From Myxococcota bacterium (lineage in GTDB: Bacteria > Myxococcota_A > UBA9160 > JAFDDA01): a DNA stretch of 64,000 nt. Position numbers and translations under genes: made by a program. Under the pieces are notes generated by a model. The model searched no databases. It was not told the DNA's origin and was given only the letters and a program-made list of their open reading frames with translations. Of this stretch, positions 56,891 to 64,000 are shown in pieces (the first letter of the stretch is position 1; the number at the start of each line of letters is the position of its first letter). Location of the stretch: positions 416,001 through 480,000 of the forward strand of contig OZ245817.1 in assembly GCA_965228475.1 (NCBI GenBank). The letters run 5' to 3'.

Positions 56891-57307
56891 ATGACGACGG
56901 AACGGGTCTCCCGGCTGAACGAGTTCGCGAGCGATCGGCACCCCGGCATGGTGGGCGTCGAGATCCTGACCTGCGAGGCGCAGGAGGTGACCGGGCGCCT
57001 CGACGTGCGGGCGGAGCTCGTCGCCGGGACGGGCTTCCTCTGGGCCCCCGTCGTGGTCACCCTCGCCGATTGGCTGTGCGCCGCCGGGACGCCGCTCAAC
57101 GCGCCCGAAGGCTCGAGCTTCACCACCATCGAGTTCAAGAGCAACTTCCTCGGCACCGTCCGGGAGGGCGGCGCCATCTTCGGCCGCGCGCGCCCGGTCC
57201 ACACCGGCCGCACCACCCAGGTCTGGGACGTCGAGGTCTCCGACGAGAAGACCTTGCGCACGATCGCGCTCTTCCGGGCGACCCAGATGATCCTCCCCGG
57301 GCGCTGA
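56891..57307 (+). CDS. PaaI-family hotdog thioesterase
   Basis: Motifs TTIEFKSNFLG and HTGRTTQVWDV. Confidence 0.88.
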   Translation: MTTERVSRLNEFASDRHPGMVGVEILTCEAQEVTGRLDVRAELVAGTGFLWAPVVVTLADWLCAAGTPLNAPEGSSFTTIEFKSNFLGTVREGGAIFGRARPVHTGRTTQVWDVEVSDEKTLRTIALFRATQMILPGR

Positions 57308-57399
57308 CCCGGCCCCAAGGACTTCCCCGGCCCGGCCTCCGCCCGGTGTATGCTGGTGGTTGCACATCCCCGTGACCGCTGCTTCAGCTGGAGGCTCCC

Positions 57400-59832
57400 A
57401 TGCGATCCTGGCGCGCGACCCGCACGCACACCCTTCTCGTCCTCGTCTGCGCCGTCGGCCTCGGGGGTGTGAAGGCCGAGTGTCCCCCCGGCCCCTACTA
57501 CGCCGCCAAGATCCAGCGCACGACCTACGGCATCCCGCACATCTACGCCGAAGACTGGGCCGGGCTCGGCTACGGCTACGGGTACGCCTTCGCCCAGGAC
57601 AACCTCTGCGTGCTGGCGCGCGAGATCGTCGACGCGACGGCCGAGGCGTCGCGCTGGTTCGGCCCCGGCGGCGGCCGCCTGAACCGCGACCTCTTCTACG
57701 CCTACTGGTCGCGCGACGAGGTGGTCGAGGGTTTCTTCGAGGCGATCGACGAGGACCTGCAGGAGCTCGCCCGGGGCTATGCCGCCGGATACAACCGCCA
57801 CCTGCGCGAGACGGGCGTCGACAACCTGCCCGAAGCGTGCCGCGGCGAAGGTTGGGTACGCGAGATCGACGAGATCGATCTGTTCAAGGTCTACTACAAG
57901 CTGATCGACCGGGCGGGGGCCTCGAACCTCGCGAGCCAGATCGTCGCGGCCGAGCCGCCGCCGGGGTTCGCTGCGGCGACGCCGGGCGAGCCCGGCATGG
58001 AGCCCGAAGCCGTCGCGGAGCGCCTCGCCGCGGACCGTAAGCGCCTCGCCGACGTCACGACGGAGCAGTTCCTCGCGAAGACCGAGCGCTGGCCCGAACT
58101 CCGCCCCGAAGACTTCGGCAGCAACATGGTCGCGGCTGGCCGCGATGCAACGACCACCGGCACCGGCATGCTGCTCGTGAACCCGCACTTCCCGTGGAAC
58201 GGTGCGCTGCGCTTCTACCAGGTGCACGTGACGATTCCCGGCGAGATCGATTCCATGGGAGCGTCGCTGTTCGGTTCGCCGCTCCCGAACATCGCCTTCA
58301 ACGAGAACGTCGCCTGGAGCCACACGGTGTCGACGGCCGACCGCTTCATCCTGCGCCAGGTCACGCCGGCGCCGGGCGACCCGCTCTCGTACCTCATCGA
58401 CGGCGTGCCGGAGCCGATCGAATCGCACACGGTTTCGGTCCAGGTGCTGCAAGGGGATGGCAGCCTCGCCACCGAGACCCACACCTTCTACGAAACCCGC
58501 TTCGGCCCGATCATGGCGCTCCCGCCGTTCCTCACCTGGAACACCGCGGTCGCCGTGGCCGTCGAGGACCCCTCGCGGGGGAACTTCCGGATCTTCGACC
58601 AGTACCTGCGCATGAACCAGGCGAAGAACCTGGACGAGTTCATCGTGGCCGTGGAAGAGGAGGTGGCGCTGCCCTGGGTGAACACCGTCGCGACCGACCG
58701 CAGCGGCGAGGTCTACTACGGCGACGTCGGCACCGTGCCGCACGTGACGGCCCAGCAGCTCGAAGATTGCGCCACGCCGCTCTCGGTCTTCCTCGAAGGC
58801 TTCGGCGCCAAGCTGATCGACGGCTCGACCTCGGCGTGCCTCTCCGGGACCGACCCGGACTCGCCCCAGCCGGGCATCTTCGGCGCCTCGAACCTGCCGA
58901 CGCTCCGGCGCACCGACTACGTCCAGAACTCGAACGACAGCTACTGGATCACGCACCCGGACGAACTGCTCGAGGGCTTCTCGCCGCTCATCGGGCGCGA
59001 GCGCTACCAGCAATCGCTGCGGACGCGCCTCGGCCTCGTGCAGATCGCCGAACGCCTGGCCGGCACCGACGGGCTCCCCGGCAACCGCTTCGACCTCGCG
59101 GCCATCCAGAACCTGATCACCGCGAATCGAAACCACTCCGCGGAGCTCGTGCTCGACGCGGTGCTCACGCTGTGCGCCGAGGAGTCGAACCTCGTCGACG
59201 TCGACGGGGAGGCCGTGGACATCGGGCCGGCCTGCACGGTGCTCGCCGGGTGGTCGCGGACGATGGACACCGACGCCGTCGGCGCGCTCCTCTGGCGCCG
59301 CGCCTGGTCGGGGATCAACGGGGTGGAGGGGCTCTTTGTCGTTCCCTTCGATGCGAACGACGCCACCAACACGCCGCGCGACGTCGCCCTCGGAGATCCG
59401 GCGGTTCGCGCGGGCGTGCTCGGCGCGCTGGCCGCGACCGTGGCCGGCCTCGCGAGCGACGGCCTGCCGATCGACGCGCCCTGGGGCGAGACCCATTTCA
59501 TCACGCGCAACGGGACGGACATCCCGATTCCGGGCGGCCCGGGCGGCCACGGCGTCTACAACGCCATCGGCGGCCCCTACCGGCCGGCCGACGGCGGCTA
59601 CACGCCGATCACAGGCGGCAGCAGCATCGTGATGGCGATCCTCTTCCCGAAGAAGGGCCTCGTCGAGGCGCGAGGCCTGTTGACCTACTCGCAGTCGACG
59701 GACCCGGACAGCCCGCACTACGCCGACCAGACGATGCTCTTCTCCGAGGAAGGCTGGAACGAGCTGCCCTTCTACCCGCACCAGATCCGCGCCGCGCGGA
59801 TCTCCAAGGTGGAGATCGCGGAGCCGCGTTGA
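57400..59832 (+). CDS. Penicillin acylase family Ntn hydrolase (PvdQ/aculeacin acylase-like)
   Basis: Motifs YGIPHI, GYAFAQDN, nucleophile GSN, NPHFPW and LLTYSQS. Confidence 0.9.
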   Translation: MRSWRATRTHTLLVLVCAVGLGGVKAECPPGPYYAAKIQRTTYGIPHIYAEDWAGLGYGYGYAFAQDNLCVLAREIVDATAEASRWFGPGGGRLNRDLFYAYWSRDEVVEGFFEAIDEDLQELARGYAAGYNRHLRETGVDNLPEACRGEGWVREIDEIDLFKVYYKLIDRAGASNLASQIVAAEPPPGFAAATPGEPGMEPEAVAERLAADRKRLADVTTEQFLAKTERWPELRPEDFGSNMVAAGRDATTTGTGMLLVNPHFPWNGALRFYQVHVTIPGEIDSMGASLFGSPLPNIAFNENVAWSHTVSTADRFILRQVTPAPGDPLSYLIDGVPEPIESHTVSVQVLQGDGSLATETHTFYETRFGPIMALPPFLTWNTAVAVAVEDPSRGNFRIFDQYLRMNQAKNLDEFIVAVEEEVALPWVNTVATDRSGEVYYGDVGTVPHVTAQQLEDCATPLSVFLEGFGAKLIDGSTSACLSGTDPDSPQPGIFGASNLPTLRRTDYVQNSNDSYWITHPDELLEGFSPLIGRERYQQSLRTRLGLVQIAERLAGTDGLPGNRFDLAAIQNLITANRNHSAELVLDAVLTLCAEESNLVDVDGEAVDIGPACTVLAGWSRTMDTDAVGALLWRRAWSGINGVEGLFVVPFDANDATNTPRDVALGDPAVRAGVLGALAATVAGLASDGLPIDAPWGETHFITRNGTDIPIPGGPGGHGVYNAIGGPYRPADGGYTPITGGSSIVMAILFPKKGLVEARGLLTYSQSTDPDSPHYADQTMLFSEEGWNELPFYPHQIRAARISKVEIAEPR

Positions 59833-59855
59833 CGGGCTCGCAAGAAGGGGAAAGG

Positions 59856-59933
59856 TGGGGTGAGCGAGGGGAATCGAACCCCCGACCTCCGGAACCACAA
59901 CCCGGCGCTCTAACCAACTGAGCTACGCCCACC
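59856..59933 (-). tRNA. tRNA-His (anticodon GTG), G-1 and CCA encoded
   Basis: GGTGGGCGTAGCTCAGTTGGTTAGAGCGCCGGGTTGTGGTTCCGGAGGTCGGGGGTTCGATTCCCCTCGCTCACCCCA. Confidence 0.95.
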
Positions 59934-59946
59934 GCGTGAGGGCGCG

Positions 59947-59975
59947 AACCTAGTTGCGCGCTCCGGGGAAGTCAA
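59947..59975 (-). promoter_or_regulatory. Sigma-70 promoter of tRNA-His
   Basis: Minus strand TTGACT-17 bp-TAGGTT, 13 nt upstream of the tRNA. Confidence 0.6.
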
Positions 59976-60063
59976 TCGGGCCGGGGCGAACCCATCAAGT
60001 ATTTGGAAATATTGGGCTTTTTCTCGGTTGAAATTTTAGTTACTCCCGTTTACTTTTCTGGCC

Positions 60064-60840
60064 GTGAGCTACCGGATCCAGGATCAGCAGGGGCACAGCC
60101 CGCGCGTCGCCCGCAAGCGCCAGGAGCGCATGCGGGGCCTCGTGGCACGCGCGCTCTCGATCGTGCGGGAGGAGGGCGTCGAGGCGCTGACCCTCTCCCG
60201 GCTCGCCGCCTCGTTCGAGGTGACCGCCGCGTCCCTCTACCGCTACTTCCCTTCGAAGGACGCCCTCGTCGCGGAGCTCCAGCGTTCGGTCATCGCCTGG
60301 CTCGCGGAGGCGACCCGGGAAAGTGTCGGCCGGGCCCGCGAGGCGGCTGATTCCGCCGGGCTTGCCGGGGATGCCTCGCTGCTCGACGTCGTCATCACGG
60401 CCTTTTCCTTCGAGGCCTTCGCGCGCCGCTCGCCGGTCGAGTTCGGCCTGGTCTCGATGCACCTCTCGACGCCGGAGTTCGCGCTCTCCGATCGCGAAGC
60501 CGCCCGGGTCTTCGAGACGGCGTGGCAGAGCCTCTCGGAGCTGGCCGAACCCCTCGCGCGCGCGGAGGCGGGCGGAGCCCTCGCGCCGGGGAACGCGGAA
60601 GAACGAGCCGTCACGCTCTGGGCGAGCCTCCAGGGCGTCGTCCAGACCCGCAAGCTCGTCCGCAGCGCCAAGGAGCGCGTCGAGCCGACGGCCCTCGTGC
60701 GAAGCCTCGTGCCCGCGCTGCTCATCGGCTGGGGCGCGCGCCCGGAGGAGGTCGGCCGGCTCGTCGACTTCGTCACCACCCACGAACTCGCGGAGCCCAC
60801 CGGCTCCGTCGACGACCTGCTCGCGGCCGACGCCGCCTAG
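60064..60840 (+). CDS. TetR family transcriptional regulator
   Basis: HTH LAASFEVTAASLYRYFPSKDAL. Confidence 0.88.
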   Translation: MSYRIQDQQGHSPRVARKRQERMRGLVARALSIVREEGVEALTLSRLAASFEVTAASLYRYFPSKDALVAELQRSVIAWLAEATRESVGRAREAADSAGLAGDASLLDVVITAFSFEAFARRSPVEFGLVSMHLSTPEFALSDREAARVFETAWQSLSELAEPLARAEAGGALAPGNAEERAVTLWASLQGVVQTRKLVRSAKERVEPTALVRSLVPALLIGWGARPEEVGRLVDFVTTHELAEPTGSVDDLLAADAA

Positions 60841-60901
60841 CACCACCCCCTCATCCTGCGCACCGGCCTCGGCGCGCGCGGACACCTGCAAGGAGAACCC
60901 C

Positions 60902-62656
60902 ATGAGCATCCACGATCTCGTCATTCGCAACGGAAACGTCGTCGATGGCACCGGCCGCGCCCCGATCCGCGCGGACGTCGCGATCGACCGCGGCACGATC
61001 TCCGCCGTCGGCGCGGTCGAAGGGAAGGGCCGGCGCGAGATCGACGCCGAGGGCAAGATCGTGACGCCCGGCTGGGTCGACATCCACACCCACTACGACG
61101 CCCAGGCCACCTGGGATCCCTACCTCTTGCCGTCGTCCTCCCACGGCGTGACGAGCGTCGTCATGGGGAACTGCGGCGTCGGCTTCGCCCCGGTGAAGCC
61201 CGAGCTGCGCGACGAGCTGATCGACCTCATGGAGGCCGTCGAGGACATCCCGGGCGCCGCCATGCACGAGGGCGTCCAGTGGGAGTGGGAGAGCTTCCCG
61301 GAGTACATGGACGCGCTCGAACGCAAGCAGCACGCCATCGACTACGGGCTCCAGGTGCCGCACTGCGCGCTGCGCGCCTTCGTGATGGGGAAGCGCGGCA
61401 TCGAGAACGAGGACGCGACGCCCGAGGACATCGAGGCCATGCGCGACATCGTGCGCGAGGCGGTCTCCGCCGGTGCGCTCGGCTTCTCGACCTCCCGGAC
61501 CGAGATGCACAACACGCTCGAGGGCAAGCCCGTCCCCGGGACCTTCGCGGCGAAGGAGGAGCTCTTCGGGATCGGCCAGGTCCTCGGCCAGCTCGGCGCC
61601 GGCGTCTTCCAGATGAGCCTCACCCACCGCGACGTACCGCGCGACATGGCGTGGATGAAGAAGCTCGCCCAGGAGACCGGGCGCAACGTCACCTTCAACC
61701 TGCAGCAGATCGACGAGAACCCGGACCTCTACAAGGAGGACCTGCGGCTTCTCGACGAGGCCCGCGCCGAGGGCATCACGAACCTGCGCGGCCAGTTCTC
61801 GGGGCGGCCGGTCGGCGTCCTCATGGGCTGGGAGACGAGCGTGCACCCCTTCATCGGGCACCCGGAGTACCGCGAGATCGGAAAGCTGCCGGTGCCCGAG
61901 CGGCTGCGCGAGCTGCGCAAGCCCGAGGTCCGCGCCCGGCTCACGGCGGGCGGAGAACTTCGCACGGACGGGCTGCCGCCGGACGCGCCGATCCCGGCCG
62001 TCTTCCTCGAGTTCCTCGTCCGCGGCACGCACAAGATGTGGGCCATGGGCTCGGGCCACAACTACGAGCCGCACCCGGACGACTCCATCCGCAGCCGTTC
62101 GGAGAAGACCGGCCGCAGCCAGGCCGAGCTCGTCTACGACGGGCTCATGGAGCAGGACGGCCGCGGCCTGCTCTACTTCCCGCTCTTCGGCTACGCCAAC
62201 GGCAGCCTCGACGCGATCCTCGAGACCATGAAGCACCCGCAGACCGGGCTCTCCCTCGCCGACGGCGGCGCGCACTGCGGGGCCATCTGTGACGGCGGCA
62301 CGCCGACCTTCATGCTCATGCACTGGGTGCGCGACCGCACGCGCGGTGAGCGCCTGCCGCTCGAGTTCATCGTGAGGCGGCAGACCTTCGACACGGCGAA
62401 CCAGTACGGGCTCAACGACCGCGGCCTGATCGCGCCGCGCATGAAGGGCGACGTCAACGTGATCGATCTCGAGAAGCTCGGCCTCGAGCCGCCGGAGATG
62501 CGCTACGACCTGCCCGCCGGCGGTCGCCGCCTCTACCAGGGAGCGTTCGGGTACGACGCGACGATCGTCTCCGGCGTGCCGATCTTCGAGCACGGCGAGC
62601 CGACCGGGGAGCTGCCCGGCCGTCTGATCCGCGGCGCCCAGGGCGCCCCCGCGTGA
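60902..62656 (+). CDS. N-acyl-D-amino-acid deacylase family amidohydrolase
   Basis: AGGAG RBS. Motifs VVDGTG, PGWVDIHTHYD, GNCGVGFAP and DGGAH. Confidence 0.92.
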   Translation: MSIHDLVIRNGNVVDGTGRAPIRADVAIDRGTISAVGAVEGKGRREIDAEGKIVTPGWVDIHTHYDAQATWDPYLLPSSSHGVTSVVMGNCGVGFAPVKPELRDELIDLMEAVEDIPGAAMHEGVQWEWESFPEYMDALERKQHAIDYGLQVPHCALRAFVMGKRGIENEDATPEDIEAMRDIVREAVSAGALGFSTSRTEMHNTLEGKPVPGTFAAKEELFGIGQVLGQLGAGVFQMSLTHRDVPRDMAWMKKLAQETGRNVTFNLQQIDENPDLYKEDLRLLDEARAEGITNLRGQFSGRPVGVLMGWETSVHPFIGHPEYREIGKLPVPERLRELRKPEVRARLTAGGELRTDGLPPDAPIPAVFLEFLVRGTHKMWAMGSGHNYEPHPDDSIRSRSEKTGRSQAELVYDGLMEQDGRGLLYFPLFGYANGSLDAILETMKHPQTGLSLADGGAHCGAICDGGTPTFMLMHWVRDRTRGERLPLEFIVRRQTFDTANQYGLNDRGLIAPRMKGDVNVIDLEKLGLEPPEMRYDLPAGGRRLYQGAFGYDATIVSGVPIFEHGEPTGELPGRLIRGAQGAPA

Positions 62657-63405
62657 GCGAGGTCTTCACGCCGGATCTCTCCTTCGCACTGCTCGCGCTG
62701 TGCGTGGGCATCGCCTACACGGCGGAGGCGGCGACGGGTTTCGGCAGCATCGTGATCGCGCTGACGCTCGGTGCGCAGCTCTACCCCGTGCCGGAGCTGC
62801 TGCCCTTGCTCGTCCCGCTCTCGGTGATGCTCACGACCTGGGTCGTGCTGCGGAACCGCGAGCACGTCGACCGCGAGCTCCTCTTCTCGCGCGTCCTGCC
62901 GCGAATGGGCGTCGGCCTCGTGCTCGGCTTCCTGATCTTCGTGAACCTCGACGCGGCGCTGCTCACGACGGGCCTCGGCGTGCTCGTCGTGGCGATGGCG
63001 GCGATCGAACTCTGGCGTGCGGCTTCGGGCGCGGCGGCCGTGGCGGCGCCGCTCGGTCCGGCGGGCTTCACGGGGGCGACCGTCGGCGCAGGGATCATGC
63101 AGGGCGCGGTCGCCTCGGGCGGCCCGATGCTCGTCTACGCGCTCGGCCGGCAGGGCCTTCCGAAGGCGCGTTTTCGCGCGACGCTCGCTTTCGTCTGGCT
63201 TGCGCTCAACACGGCGCTCGTCGCCTCCTACATCGCCACGGGCCGGCTCGATGCGAAGACGGCGCCCTACGTCGCGCTCCTCGTGCCCGTCGTCTTCGCC
63301 GCGCTCGCCTTCGGCAACTGGCTCCACCACCGCCTCGACGAAGCCGCCTTCAAGAAGGTCGTGCTCGCCCTGCTCGCCCTCGCCGGGGTCGCCCTGGTCG
63401 TCTGA
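62653..63405 (+). CDS. TauE/SafE (TSUP) family transporter
   Basis: About 8 TM helices, with motifs ATGFG and SGGP. Confidence 0.85.
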   Translation: MSEVFTPDLSFALLALCVGIAYTAEAATGFGSIVIALTLGAQLYPVPELLPLLVPLSVMLTTWVVLRNREHVDRELLFSRVLPRMGVGLVLGFLIFVNLDAALLTTGLGVLVVAMAAIELWRAASGAAAVAAPLGPAGFTGATVGAGIMQGAVASGGPMLVYALGRQGLPKARFRATLAFVWLALNTALVASYIATGRLDAKTAPYVALLVPVVFAALAFGNWLHHRLDEAAFKKVVLALLALAGVALVV

Positions 63406-63426
63406 GTTCTGGCGCCGCTTTCCTTC

Positions 63427-63870
63427 TTGCCGCTAGTGTCCCGTGCGAAGGGAGAGCGCGTGGCGTACCGAATTCTCTGCGGAGTCCTGGGCGTGCTCGG
63501 CGTGCTGCTTTCGCTGGGGCTCTTCGGGCTCTTCCTGCGGCTGCTCGGGCCGTCGGGCGTGATGCCGCCGCCCCTGTCTCCCATGGGCCCGAACGGTGCC
63601 TACTTCCTCGCCTTCACCGCGTGCGGCCTGCTCGGCTGGTCCGGTGGCTTGATCGCCGCCGCGCGGCACCCGGAGACGAGCCGGACCTTCGGCACCTTCA
63701 CCGCGTGGGCCTTCGTGGCTATGGCGCTCTTCCGCTTCCTCGGCTGGTTCATGGGCGATTTCGCGCAACTCGGCGAGCTCCCGCGCATCGAAGCGTTGCT
63801 GTTCCTCGCGGTGGCGCTCGCCTTCGTCTGGCTCCGCCCGCCGCCGCTCGCCGAAGGGAGGCCGGCATGA
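63427..63870 (+). CDS. Hypothetical membrane protein
   Basis: Four hydrophobic segments. Start uncertain. Confidence 0.6.
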   Translation: MPLVSRAKGERVAYRILCGVLGVLGVLLSLGLFGLFLRLLGPSGVMPPPLSPMGPNGAYFLAFTACGLLGWSGGLIAAARHPETSRTFGTFTAWAFVAMALFRFLGWFMGDFAQLGELPRIEALLFLAVALAFVWLRPPPLAEGRPA

Positions 63871-64000
63871 TGAAGTGGCTCGCGACCGTGGCGATCCTCG
63901 CCCTGATGGCGCTCGTCGTCGTGGCGCCGTCGCTCTCGATCGGCCGGCGCGGCAACGAGGCCCTGGCGCGGGCCGACGTGCCCACGGCCACGCTGGCCAT
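63867..64000 (+). CDS. Exported/membrane protein, 3'-truncated by window edge
   Basis: GGGAGG RBS and ATGA overlap. Reads MMKWLATVAILALMALVVVAP. Confidence 0.5.
   Translation, partial: MMKWLATVAILALMALVVVAPSLSIGRRGNEALARADVPTATLA

Noticed and set aside
59990..60063. AT-rich stretch beside tRNA-His as an integration scar
   Set aside because: It lies on the tRNA 5' side and is explained by divergent promoters and a possible TetR operator. No integrase is nearby.
1..64000. CRISPR array, rRNA, intact transposase or prophage
   Set aside because: No regularly spaced repeats, rRNA-like segments, or transposase or phage structural motifs were seen.

Overview
Very GC-rich, densely coding bacterial chromosomal segment. 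Its gene content (PEP-CTERM proteins, Cys-containing C-terminal tails, ECF sigma factor, class III cyclases, STAND-type regulator) resembles Myxococcota or deltaproteobacteria-type genomes; this taxonomy is an inference. The window holds about 55 CDSs and two minus-strand tRNA genes (tRNA-Arg anticodon TCG; tRNA-His anticodon GTG). Most genes are catabolic or hydrolytic: sulfatase, FAD monooxygenase, VOC protein, P450, MBL hydrolases, Ntn acylase, amidohydrolase, M28 and C69 peptidases. The rest are regulatory (three TetRs, ECF/anti-sigma/XRE, a three-gene phosphorelay, two class III cyclases) or secreted surface proteins (five PEP-CTERM or PEP-CTERM-like genes plus one decayed copy). Main highlight: two unrelated secreted proteins end in the same 'CGLGPEL + hydrophobic helix + Arg cluster' tail, a candidate C-terminal protein-sorting signal that I cannot assign to a named family. 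Second, a compositionally atypical region around tRNA-Arg carries a TIR-TM-extracytoplasmic protein, a tyrosine-integrase remnant, a frameshifted PEP-CTERM pseudogene and a transglutaminase/Yip1/matrixin operon. Also notable are a LuxI/FeeM-like acyltransferase fused to a cNMP-binding domain next to a cyclase with non-canonical specificity residues, a TetR operator motif, and a sigma-54 promoter. No CRISPR array, rRNA or intact mobile element was seen. All family calls are from motif recognition by eye, not database searches.
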